Source of the DNA: a virus
Taxonomy: Duplodnaviria; Caudoviricetes
Length of the DNA stretch: 64,000 nt
Virus record (IMG/VR): IMGVR_UViG_3300020048_000120
Span: 4,883-68,882 of that record
Reading direction: 5' to 3' (one strand)
Below are positions 31,413-39,824 of the stretch, one piece after another. The translations under genes and the position numbers were made by a program. Under the pieces are notes generated by a model. It did not search any database and was not told the origin of the DNA. It worked only from the letters and a program-made list of their open reading frames with translations. Position 1 is the stretch's first letter. Each line of letters opens with the position of its first letter.

Positions 31413-31531
31413 TACAAATCTCCATACCCCAGATAGAACCCCGAGGAGCGGGCATACGGCCAAAGGTGGCCTGATAAAACATTCGTATGTTATATCCTAT
31501 AAAGTATATATGAGTGAGATTCTTTTAGAAA
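31413..31531 (-). promoter_or_regulatory. Promoter plus structured 5' leader, family B copy 2
   Basis: Homologous to 30768-30878, with compensatory stem changes. Confidence 0.7.
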
Positions 31532-31564
31532 CAGGTTAGCTAAAAAAAAATAATTCTTTCTAGT

Positions 31565-31698
31565 GTAAAAAAAAAACTGCCGCAAAGACTATGAGATTAT
31601 CATTTTTGTCTTTGCGGCAGGACAGCTTCTTCAATTAGCAATTGAACGTCTAGGAGCCGCTCAAGTGCACGATAGTATAGTTTTACTTTTACTATCAT
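31565..31698 (-). ncRNA. Candidate sRNA of about 130 nt (or leaderless 32-aa peptide)
   Basis: Bounded by a perfect bipartite promoter (31700-31730) and a 13-bp terminator stem plus U-tract (31567-31620); two internal hairpins. Confidence 0.5.
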
Positions 31699-31802
31699 AT
31701 AAAGTATATATGATTATATTAGTTTAGAAACGGGTTTTAAATTTTAAATAAAAAATAGACTAAAGTCATATACCACTAGCTTAAGTAGCTAGTGGTATAT
31801 TG

Positions 31803-32225
31803 TTATTTACTATCGTTAAACTTTATCAATTTAGGACTACAACTAGATGGCTCAATTCCGGTCATCTGGTCTGGACCATATTGTATTGAACGCTCATATC
31901 TATCTTTACAATGTTCAGTCGAACATGACTTAGTTACATTAGGTAACCACTGCATGTTAGTAATAGTATCACATCCACCACACGCTAGTGGAATAACATG
32001 ATCTATACTCCAATCTGGACAAGCTCCAATAGACTCTCCAGTTGATGGACATGGGTACATTTTCTTAAAATAAACTAACTGCATATAATTTCTTTTTATT
32101 TCACCTGATGCAGTTCTAGGAACAAATCCACAAAACTTATCATCTGTAAATAATTCTGTTCTATCAAATCCATAAACTGGTAATGAATTAAATAAAAGAA
32201 CAATTAATAATGTTACAATTTTCAT
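31803..32225 (-). CDS. HNH nuclease with predicted signal peptide
   Basis: CPSTG....ACPDWSIDHVIPLACGGCD.ITNMQWL HNH motif; N-terminus MKIVTLLIVLLFNSLPVYG resembles a Sec signal. Confidence 0.75.
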   Translation of the reverse strand: MKIVTLLIVLLFNSLPVYGFDRTELFTDDKFCGFVPRTASGEIKRNYMQLVYFKKMYPCPSTGESIGACPDWSIDHVIPLACGGCDTITNMQWLPNVTKSCSTEHCKDRYERSIQYGPDQMTGIEPSSCSPKLIKFNDSK

Positions 32226-32238
32226 ACTAACTCCTTAA

Positions 32239-32475
32239 TTAAGAATTTCTATCTAGTCTACTAGCTATCATTTGCTTAGCTGTCATATTATCAGCATTAA
32301 TTAATTTCTCATAAAAATCAATATCCTCAGGATCTATGATAGAAAGAAACATAAATAAAGCAAAATCTTTACCTAAAGTTGTTGTATTATCTTTAGGTTT
32401 AAAATATTGGAAATGGCTACCTTTAAAAACTACTGTCATTTTATTCTCTATGCAAAATAGAACCATATCATACAT
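32239..32475 (-). CDS. Small hypothetical protein
   Basis: 78 aa co-oriented ORF. Confidence 0.45.
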   Translation of the reverse strand: MYDMVLFCIENKMTVVFKGSHFQYFKPKDNTTTLGKDFALFMFLSIIDPEDIDFYEKLINADNMTAKQMIASRLDRNS

Positions 32476-32525
32476 AAAGAAAAAAAAACCAGTAGTTTAT
32501 TAAGCTACTGGTGATTATACTAGTC

Positions 32526-33257
32526 TTAAAGTATCTGCAATATACTATTAGGTATATCTTCGTCTACTGATATTTCGGGTCGAAAAGAATCTACCAAGAC
32601 TGGATAATTTTTAGTCATCCAATCTAGATGATTATTCATCATATAAATATATCCATTATAAGCCATCCATTCTGGATTTTTCTCGACCATTAGTTCTGGA
32701 TCTTCATCGTACATTAAATCTGGGTGATGTCTAATCATCCAGTCTGGACGATTATGAGCCATCCAGTCTGGATGATTTTCAGCCATCCAGTCTGCTCTAT
32801 TAATTACCATCCATTCTTCTCTATTATTTACCATCCATTCTGGATTAAAGTATGCTACCCATTCAGGAAAAGCGTCAGCTATAACTTCTGGATCATTGAT
32901 AGAAATCCATTCTTTGCGATTATCTACCATCCATTCTGGAATAACTTGCATCATTAATCTAGGGTAATTATTAGCCATCCATACTTTTTTATTATTTACC
33001 ATCCAAAGTATACGTTGTGTAACCATCAGGTCTGGATGAATTTTAGCCATGAGATCTGGATAGTTTTTTGACATCCAGGCTGTGCAGTTCTCAGCCATCC
33101 AGTACTGATATCTATTAACCATCCAATGAGGTTCATTAATAGCCATCCAACCTGGTTGATTTTCTGCCATCCATTTAGGGTTAGTAAGTGCTAACCATTT
33201 AGGATTAATTTTAAATATCTTTTCTAACTGCTCTTGTGATAGTTCAGTAACTTTCAT
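32526..33257 (-). CDS. Trp/Met/Asn octapeptide-repeat protein
   Basis: About 25 tandem PxWMxxNx units; AGGAG SD and own promoter (33296-33326). Confidence 0.75.
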   Translation of the reverse strand: MKVTELSQEQLEKIFKINPKWLALTNPKWMAENQPGWMAINEPHWMVNRYQYWMAENCTAWMSKNYPDLMAKIHPDLMVTQRILWMVNNKKVWMANNYPRLMMQVIPEWMVDNRKEWISINDPEVIADAFPEWVAYFNPEWMVNNREEWMVINRADWMAENHPDWMAHNRPDWMIRHHPDLMYDEDPELMVEKNPEWMAYNGYIYMMNNHLDWMTKNYPVLVDSFRPEISVDEDIPNSILQIL

Positions 33258-33393
33258 TTCATTCTCCTAGTAAGATAAAAAGACATTACATCATATAAAG
33301 TATATGTTACCATAAAGCATTAGAAAAAATAAACCGGTAGTTTGTTAGACTGCCGGTCTACTTATATTCTAGTCTAAGAGCTAAAAAGTTAAA

Positions 33394-35514
33394 TTAATAT
33401 CCTACCTCGCTTATAAGCATCTCATGTTTAGGGAAATATCCTAATGATTGTAAAATAATCCTATTAGGTAAAGTTAAATCTAATACTATCTTCTTTATAT
33501 TAATAACTGATTTAATTTCTTCAGGTATACCAAAAGAAGTTATATAAGATATAGATATATAGATAGTAGGTAAATCTGTTTTATCATATTTAATTAACCA
33601 AGAACTAAGTCTAGTAGCTAATTCTTTATCTTCTATATTAGCTAACCATTCTTTTACACCTGTTATATTTAATACAGTTGTTGGTATCTTGATAACCGTA
33701 TAAGGCGGTGGAGATATACTACCGTATTTATCTGCAAATATATCTACCCAAAATAAATGATGTAAGTATGGTGACATAGCTTCACCTCTAGCATATGCTT
33801 CAGGTTGCTTTACTTTTGATTTTTTATAGTATTCTACTTCTCCATTTAAAAGAGATTTTTGAATATTTCTTTCTATGGAAGCCAAATCTTTAAGTTCATC
33901 TATTATAGATATTTTTTCCCCTCTCATAACTGTGGCTAATATATTATCCATTTTTTTACTAGAAGCTTCTATAAGACTCTTAGGTGATGCACTATTTTTT
34001 AAATGCACTCCTTTTTGTTCTCTATCTAATTCTTTAAACACACTACCTTCTTTAACCATAATACATGTATAGTAATGTTTAGATACAGAAGTTTGTGCAA
34101 ATACAGGAAATACAAATTCTGGCTTTAATTGTATATCGTAAAGTTTACTACGTTCTACACTAATGTTAGCTGAAAACATAGCCAATATATGTGCCATACA
34201 TTGTGTAGATAAATACATTATAGAACCAGATAATGCAAAGGCTTCATCATGAAATACTAATTTACCAAAATACCAGATTACCCATTCATCCATAGCAAAC
34301 ATAGTACTATCTGTATCCGATACTACTACTGTTCTTCTTATCATATTACGTATAAATGCTGTACCAGATGGAGTATTTTTAGTTAGAAATATATTTTCTA
34401 TAAAATCTCTATATTTCATAATTACATTTATAACATTTAAAGAAGTCGCTGCTATGGTATTTACTTGTTCTGGCATTATTTTACTATAGTCTTTTCCTAT
34501 ACCTCTTGTTTCTAATAAACAAATTTGATGAACATAATTAATAATAGAACTATCTATAGACTTTAATGTAGCTAAAGGATCTGGAACAACTACATCTGTA
34601 ATTTTACTACTTAATTCTGTTAAGAAAGTTCTAACGAAAGATTCATTATGTAATCTAATATGATAAAGATCGCTTATATAAACTATAGCTGCTCTTTCTA
34701 CGTCTTCTAGATTTAATATAAAACTATGTATTTTATTAAAAGCATTTCTATCTCTCCAATAAAGATCAGTTGAATATAGTATACAAGATTCTGTTTCTTC
34801 TATGGATGGATATTTTAAATTATATTTAGTTATTATATTTCTAAAGGATTCTTTATCTAGAGAACTAGTTATATTTATAATATCGTAAAGAGTTACATCT
34901 GGATTTCTATAATGTCTATTACCTGAAATAATCTTTTCATTACTAGCATTACCTAATGAACTAACTGTTCTAGTTATAGATGTTAATGTACTGTGTGCTG
35001 TTGGATTATGTAAAATAGTCCCTTCACTAGCAAATCCTCCAGATGCTCCGTTACTATAAAGTTTATGATTAGCTTGTTCGTTATCTTTAGCTATAAAAAG
35101 ATCTATTTGTTTATTAGCTTTAGCTATAGCCGCTTCTATTTTTACTTTACTTCTAATACGTGTACTATTAAGAATAAAATTAACTAGTAATGATGGTTTA
35201 ACACTACTTTGTAAATATGTTGTAAAAGTTGGAGCTAAAATTTCATTTTCAGAAACTACTGTATTTATATAGTTACTTAAAAAGCAACTAGTTTTCTTTT
35301 TATCGCCATTAGTATCTCGTTGATAATAATGTACTATTGGATCAGCCGCATTAATTACTTTATTTTTTATACCTTTTATTATAAATTCTTTACATTCTTC
35401 TATATTTTTACCGGACATTTTAGATAAGTAAAAACTATTTTGACCCACATATTGATGTAATGGGCTAATGTCGCGTTTATAAAATTCAGTAGGTCTAAGA
35501 AATATATTTTCCAT
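33394..35514 (-). CDS. Family B DNA polymerase, catalytic subunit (phiKZ gp50-like)
   Basis: Motif B-like EQANHKLYSNGASG and motif C-like VVSDTDST; VSKHYY. Confidence 0.85.
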   Translation of the reverse strand: MENIFLRPTEFYKRDISPLHQYVGQNSFYLSKMSGKNIEECKEFIIKGIKNKVINAADPIVHYYQRDTNGDKKKTSCFLSNYINTVVSENEILAPTFTTYLQSSVKPSLLVNFILNSTRIRSKVKIEAAIAKANKQIDLFIAKDNEQANHKLYSNGASGGFASEGTILHNPTAHSTLTSITRTVSSLGNASNEKIISGNRHYRNPDVTLYDIINITSSLDKESFRNIITKYNLKYPSIEETESCILYSTDLYWRDRNAFNKIHSFILNLEDVERAAIVYISDLYHIRLHNESFVRTFLTELSSKITDVVVPDPLATLKSIDSSIINYVHQICLLETRGIGKDYSKIMPEQVNTIAATSLNVINVIMKYRDFIENIFLTKNTPSGTAFIRNMIRRTVVVSDTDSTMFAMDEWVIWYFGKLVFHDEAFALSGSIMYLSTQCMAHILAMFSANISVERSKLYDIQLKPEFVFPVFAQTSVSKHYYTCIMVKEGSVFKELDREQKGVHLKNSASPKSLIEASSKKMDNILATVMRGEKISIIDELKDLASIERNIQKSLLNGEVEYYKKSKVKQPEAYARGEAMSPYLHHLFWVDIFADKYGSISPPPYTVIKIPTTVLNITGVKEWLANIEDKELATRLSSWLIKYDKTDLPTIYISISYITSFGIPEEIKSVINIKKIVLDLTLPNRIILQSLGYFPKHEMLISEVGY

Positions 35515-35613
35515 GATATGCTCTGCTAAGGTTAGTCACTTAATAACAGCTCAAGAAAAAAAAAATACCGGCAGCCTAATAAGTTGCCGGTATATGTGTT
35601 CTTCATTAAACCG

Positions 35614-35871
35614 CTATGATGAACTTTTAATTTTTTTAGAGATGACTTCTAACTCTTCACCCCATAGAAATTGTTGACCTTTATTAATTTCTTCTAGAAC
35701 AATATTGAAATCGTCTAGATCAAGTTTATCTAAAGGATAGAATGTCTGACCATCCCATACTGACAAACCAAAAATCATATCTTTCGATATGACAATATGG
35801 CCATTGTTGAAACAGCCTTCCCCATTAGAGAAGATTGAAGTACCGATATTTCTGCAAAGATTTAAATCCAT
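35614..35871 (-). CDS. Small hypothetical early-type protein
   Basis: Likely start MDLNLCR at 35871 after AGGAGG SD. Confidence 0.55.
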   Translation of the reverse strand: MDLNLCRNIGTSIFSNGEGCFNNGHIVISKDMIFGLSVWDGQTFYPLDKLDLDDFNIVLEEINKGQQFLWGEELEVISKKIKSSS

Positions 35872-35973
35872 ATAGCCTCCTAGACTAATTAAGAGTAAAT
35901 ACAACATTTAGCGAAAACTAAACATTTACATACTCTATCATGTAAAGTATATACGGTTATAATAACTTAGAAA
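35872..35973 (-). promoter_or_regulatory. Promoter plus structured 5' leader, family A copy 1
   Basis: TTTCTAA-N14-ATATACTTTA, nested stems with TTTTCG loop, then CTAGGAGGCTA SD. Confidence 0.75.
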
Positions 35974-35978
35974 AAAAA

Positions 35979-36007
35979 ATACCAGCAGCTTATTAGGCCG
36001 CCGGTAT
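35979..36007 (-). terminator. Terminator hairpin, conserved-loop family
   Basis: ATACCAGCAGC-TTATTAG-GCCGCCGGTAT; its U-tract runs into the next promoter's TTTCTAA box. Confidence 0.7.
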
Positions 36008-36015
36008 ATATAGTA

Positions 36016-36342
36016 CTATTGGAGTAACATTAAGATTTCATCTGAAACACTTTTATTAGTGTCAGATAATTCCTCAATATTTTTCATAATTTCTGGATAG
36101 TTTTTCAATACCCATTCTTTACGATTTTCCATCATCCAGCAGGGATTAGACATCATCATCCAATCTGGACGAATATCTGCCAACCAGTGTGGATTATTAT
36201 ACATCAACCACTCTGGATAATTAACTGCCATCCACTCGGTTCTGTTGCTAGCTACCCAATTAGGGTGATTTAATGCTAGCCAATTTATGTGGATTTCAGC
36301 TATCTTTTCTAACTGCTCTTGTGATAATTCTTTTATTTTCAT
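36016..36342 (-). CDS. Shorter paralog of the octapeptide-repeat protein
   Basis: MKIKELSQEQLEKI N-terminus and PxWM repeats shared with 32526-33257. Confidence 0.75.
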   Translation of the reverse strand: MKIKELSQEQLEKIAEIHINWLALNHPNWVASNRTEWMAVNYPEWLMYNNPHWLADIRPDWMMMSNPCWMMENRKEWVLKNYPEIMKNIEELSDTNKSVSDEILMLLQ

Positions 36343-36346
36343 TGGA

Positions 36347-36712
36347 CTAGAGAACAGACATATATATCTTTTTAGTTGCATAATACATCACTAATTTACA
36401 TTTATCACACTTACAATTAGTTTTCTGTCTGTAAAGCGTTCCGTGTCTCATATCCGAAAAGTTGTTAGTCAGTAATAAATTGCTTAATTCATTGTTTAAT
36501 ATATTAAAGTCTTTATGAATAACTCTACTTTTCTTATCAATAAATCTAGCCTTATCTACTGTTTTAAGATATCTTGCGTAAGTCATAGTAGTCTTACTTC
36601 CATCTTTTTTAACTATAGATACTATGTAGTAAAATCTTCCTTTATTATTTATTAAATAAACGTTTGCCTTTTTCCACAAGTCGGTAAATGGTGGTTGTAT
36701 AACAAGTTTCAT
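36347..36712 (-). CDS. Degenerate HNH-like protein with Cys-rich tail
   Basis: YARYL...VIHKDFNILNNELSNL resembles HNH_3; CKCDKC. Confidence 0.5.
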   Translation of the reverse strand: MKLVIQPPFTDLWKKANVYLINNKGRFYYIVSIVKKDGSKTTMTYARYLKTVDKARFIDKKSRVIHKDFNILNNELSNLLLTNNFSDMRHGTLYRQKTNCKCDKCKLVMYYATKKIYMSVL

Positions 36713-36815
36713 AATAGCCTCCTAGACTAAATTAGAACACATGCAACATCTAGCGAAAACTAGATATTCATATACTCTATCATCTAAAGTATATACAGCT
36801 ATAATATTTTAGAAA
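36713..36815 (-). promoter_or_regulatory. Promoter plus structured 5' leader, family A copy 2
   Basis: Homologous to 35872-35973. Confidence 0.75.
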
Positions 36816-36878
36816 CAAAAAAACTACATACACCAACAATGGTGTATGTATGTGATTGGAATATTTTAGAAATATGTA

Positions 36879-38114
36879 TTACGGTTTAAGTGTAAAGTTT
36901 ACTAAATCACATGCGGTTTTCATGTTGTTTCTAGAGCTAATAAACGAAGAAGCTACTGTATCGCTTGTTATGTCGGCCAGATGAATCATTAGTTTCATAA
37001 GGGCAAGTGCTGGAAGATGCTTGTATAAATGGCTACTTAAAACATTGCTATTAAGAACATGGTATTTATTAATTAATGAATGCATTGGTTTATATGAAAC
37101 TAATAATACAGAAACGTCATCTAAAATTTTATTAAGATCTTTTATTGAACCATTTTTAATAGTTAGTTTATCGACTGGTCTTTTAACTCCGCTATTAACG
37201 AACTCTATACTATATTTTCTATAATTCTTTTTTATTGATTTAACATCTGTTTTATCAACTAAACCCTTTTTAGCTTCATTTTTCACTATCTTACCCATCC
37301 CTAAAAAATGAGAACTTGAAAAATAATTAATATCATTATCACTATTAACTTCTTTCATGTTAATTTCTTTGCTAACATTAGTCATAAAATCTATTAATAT
37401 ATTAAAATTATTTATTAGTCTAGTATCAAAATCAAATAATATCTTAAGATTAAGTTCCTCCAATCTTAAATCAGATAAAAATTTTGTAGACAATGTATTA
37501 AAAGATGATAAAATATTAACCGTTTCGGTGAATTTTTTCTGATACTCACTAATAGATGTAATATATTTACTATTGTCATATGAGTAATATTTAGAATGAT
37601 TAAGTTTTAGTTCCGTATCATCTTTAATACCACTTTCATTAATTCTTTGTTTTAAAATAGATACTATTTTAGCTTGTGAATCAATAAAAGTGGTAATATA
37701 TCCTATTGTGTTAGAAATATTACTTAACATTTTACTTATGCCTTTACTTATACCTAATATTACTGAAGATATTGAATCACCAATACCTTCTAACGCAACA
37801 TAAGGATCATTTATATTTTCTAATGATGGAAATAACTGATTTATATTATAAGAACTTCCATTTAAAGAAGTATTAATTTCATTTTTTAAATCATTAACAT
37901 CTTCTAAAGAGATAATCTTTCTTTTTTTAAGATTTTCATACTTTACTGAAATTCCTTCTATAAATATAATAGTTGCTTCTAATGATACGATTTCACTAGC
38001 AGTTATATTGTTACTTATATTTATATTTTCTACTAAATCATTATCGTTAAGTTCTTCTAAAGCTACAGTATAATTGTAGGTGTTTTGAAAATCCTGCATT
38101 AGTTTTCTAGCCAT
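36879..38114 (-). CDS. Probable internal head protein with propeptide
   Basis: Five S/A-L-E motifs in the first ~110 aa (VALE, VSLE, ISLE, PSLE, VALE), the prohead-protease cleavage signature of phiKZ-like head proteins. Confidence 0.6.
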   Translation of the reverse strand: MARKLMQDFQNTYNYTVALEELNDNDLVENINISNNITASEIVSLEATIIFIEGISVKYENLKKRKIISLEDVNDLKNEINTSLNGSSYNINQLFPSLENINDPYVALEGIGDSISSVILGISKGISKMLSNISNTIGYITTFIDSQAKIVSILKQRINESGIKDDTELKLNHSKYYSYDNSKYITSISEYQKKFTETVNILSSFNTLSTKFLSDLRLEELNLKILFDFDTRLINNFNILIDFMTNVSKEINMKEVNSDNDINYFSSSHFLGMGKIVKNEAKKGLVDKTDVKSIKKNYRKYSIEFVNSGVKRPVDKLTIKNGSIKDLNKILDDVSVLLVSYKPMHSLINKYHVLNSNVLSSHLYKHLPALALMKLMIHLADITSDTVASSFISSRNNMKTACDLVNFTLKP

Positions 38115-38272
38115 GTTTTTTTTTCCTTAAATTTAATAGTTAAAAATCTGTACCATAGTATAAATAACTAATTAAAATATTTTAGAAACAAAAAAAAACT
38201 ACATACACCAAAAATGGTGTATGTAGCTAAGGCAAGACTTTTTATTAAAAATATCTGATAAGATAACTTAGG

Positions 38273-38346
38273 TGGGCCCACACAGACTCGAACTGTGGAC
38301 CAAAGGATTATGAGTCCTCTGCTCTAACCAACTGAGCTATAGGCCC
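38273..38346 (-). tRNA. tRNA with CAU anticodon, Ile2 (lysidine)-type; CCA not encoded
   Basis: Clean cloverleaf GGGCCTA...GGACT-CAT-AATCC...GTTCGAG...TGGGCCCA followed by CCT; resembles bacterial ileX. Confidence 0.85.
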
Positions 38347-38385
38347 ACCTAAGTTATCTATATCTAATACATCAATTATTTTTTT

Positions 38386-38625
38386 TTATTCATCTAAATC
38401 AACAGTTGGTAAATCTTTCCATATTAGTTTTTTTACAACATAAGTAGCTGAAGTATCCATTCCTTCTGCTATAAATCCACCTTGCAACACTAGTGTTCCG
38501 TCTAATTTTGTAGCTAACCTAAAGTTAGATGGAGTGTCACTAATAATGACACTAGATCCTTTATATGGAACTGTATTAAATTGGGCACTACCTGAATCTG
38601 AACTTGTCGACGGTGTGAGTGACAT
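38386..38625 (-). CDS. Small hypothetical protein, paralog of the next gene
   Basis: Shares FRL..KLDGTLVLQGGF...W.DLPTVDL with 38627-39001. Confidence 0.65.
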   Translation of the reverse strand: MSLTPSTSSDSGSAQFNTVPYKGSSVIISDTPSNFRLATKLDGTLVLQGGFIAEGMDTSATYVVKKLIWKDLPTVDLDE

Positions 38626-38626
38626 G

Positions 38627-39001
38627 TTAATCCTCTAAATCAACAGTTGGTAGGTCTTCCCATGTTAATCCCCCTTTAGTATAACGACCATTTTCATCCA
38701 TCTCCTTCCACTCAAACCCACCTTGCAACACTAGTGTTCCGTCTAACTTCTTACCTAATCTAAAAGTAGTTGGTGCATTACTGCTAGCTCTAGATGAGTA
38801 TTTACTAGGAAGTGTAAGAAATGTACCACCAGTTAAATCTGAGCCAAATACTGTTGGCGTTGTAATTGTCGCGTCAGAAGGAACTGTGGTAAGATTTGAA
38901 GTATGTTTACTTTCATCTATTTGAGCCACATAGATAGTTTCACCACAGCCAACTATCTCATTTAAACCTGAACCTAATACTGTCGATGCTGTAATAGTCA
39001 T
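38627..39001 (-). CDS. Small hypothetical protein in tRNA cluster
   Basis: Likely start MTITAS at 39001 (AGGA SD); C-terminal module duplicated in the next gene. Confidence 0.65.
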   Translation of the reverse strand: MTITASTVLGSGLNEIVGCGETIYVAQIDESKHTSNLTTVPSDATITTPTVFGSDLTGGTFLTLPSKYSSRASSNAPTTFRLGKKLDGTLVLQGGFEWKEMDENGRYTKGGLTWEDLPTVDLED

Positions 39002-39083
39002 GTCGTTCCTTTCTAAAAAATAATAATAATGATAACTATAAATATTAAATCTATGATTATCATTAGTCCATTTGCACATGAAT

Positions 39084-39159
39084 TGGTGGGACCGGAAAGA
39101 GTTGAACTTTACATTCTTGGCTTTATGAGAACCCTACTTCACCGTTAAGCTACAGTCTC
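39084..39159 (-). tRNA. Degenerate tRNA with CAU anticodon (Met-like), CCA encoded
   Basis: 76 nt, CT-CAT-AA loop, GTTCAAC T-loop, ACCA end; one mismatch each in the acceptor, anticodon and T stems. Confidence 0.6.
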
Positions 39160-39233
39160 AAATTTCTGTACTATTAAATAAATGGTGCCTGGGATCGGAC
39201 TCGAACCGACATGCCTTACGGCGAGGGATTTTA

Positions 39234-39824
39234 CTTACCACTTCAATTTTCATTGCCATTATAAAGGTATAATGTTTGTGGTCTGGACTATGCTATCGCC
39301 ATATTGAGAAAAAACACAATAAGTAGCTAGATACTCATGCTTTTCAAATATATTTTCTCAACTTAGGCATTCCGTCTCTAGTCTCTACACCTTCCTTAAA
39401 CTAGCAATTATACCGACTATGGAGTTAACCTCTAGTTGCTAGAATTATTGGTCTCTATTAAGGCTTGGCTCGGCGTTAGCGTGTACGATTGGAAGAGTAC
39501 TATTCCGCGTTATTGAAATGGGTAATTACTCCATCCGTTAACAGTTCTTGAGTTAAGGCTAAACTTCTACCCTTAAACCCTCACTCTCTACATTCTTTTT
39601 AATCATCGTATTTAGCGTTCGCCGAATTTACGGAAATACTACTAACGTCTTTCGATTGAGTTGTTACGCCAATAAGTTAATAACAGGGAGTAAGAGTCGA
39701 ACTTACATGAAGAGTCGTGGCATTGATCATCTTCTTACCATGTGCCGTTAGCGTCTACCGTTCCGCCATCCCTGTTAATAACTTACTGACTACCAACTCA
39801 TTTTTCGCTAGTGACCCATTTAAA
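39234..39824 (-). ncRNA. ORF-less group I intron in tRNA-Leu
   Basis: P1 GACU/GGUC with U.G at the splice site; P AAATTCGGCGAAC, Q AACGCCGAGCCAAG, R GTAGAGACTA, S GCATAGTCCAG; P3 TTCCGT/ACGGAA; P7 GACTA/TAGTC; terminal G at 39234. Confidence 0.9.
39673..39785 (-). ncRNA. tRNA-like domain nested in the 5' part of the intron
   Basis: ACAGGGA/TCCCTGT acceptor, TG-GCG-GAACGGTAGA-CGC D arm, GTAAG-TTCGACT-CTTAC T arm; no canonical anticodon arm and no CCA; acceptor extended by about 10 bp. Confidence 0.75.

Noticed and set aside
36347-36712. Third intron or active homing element
   Set aside because: Free-standing, with a degenerate HNH motif and no flanking ribozyme elements or interrupted host gene.
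39481-39610. ORF inside the tRNA-Leu intron P5 extension
   Set aside because: Only a 15-codon frame (MIKKNVESEGLRVEV); no endonuclease remnant recognisable.
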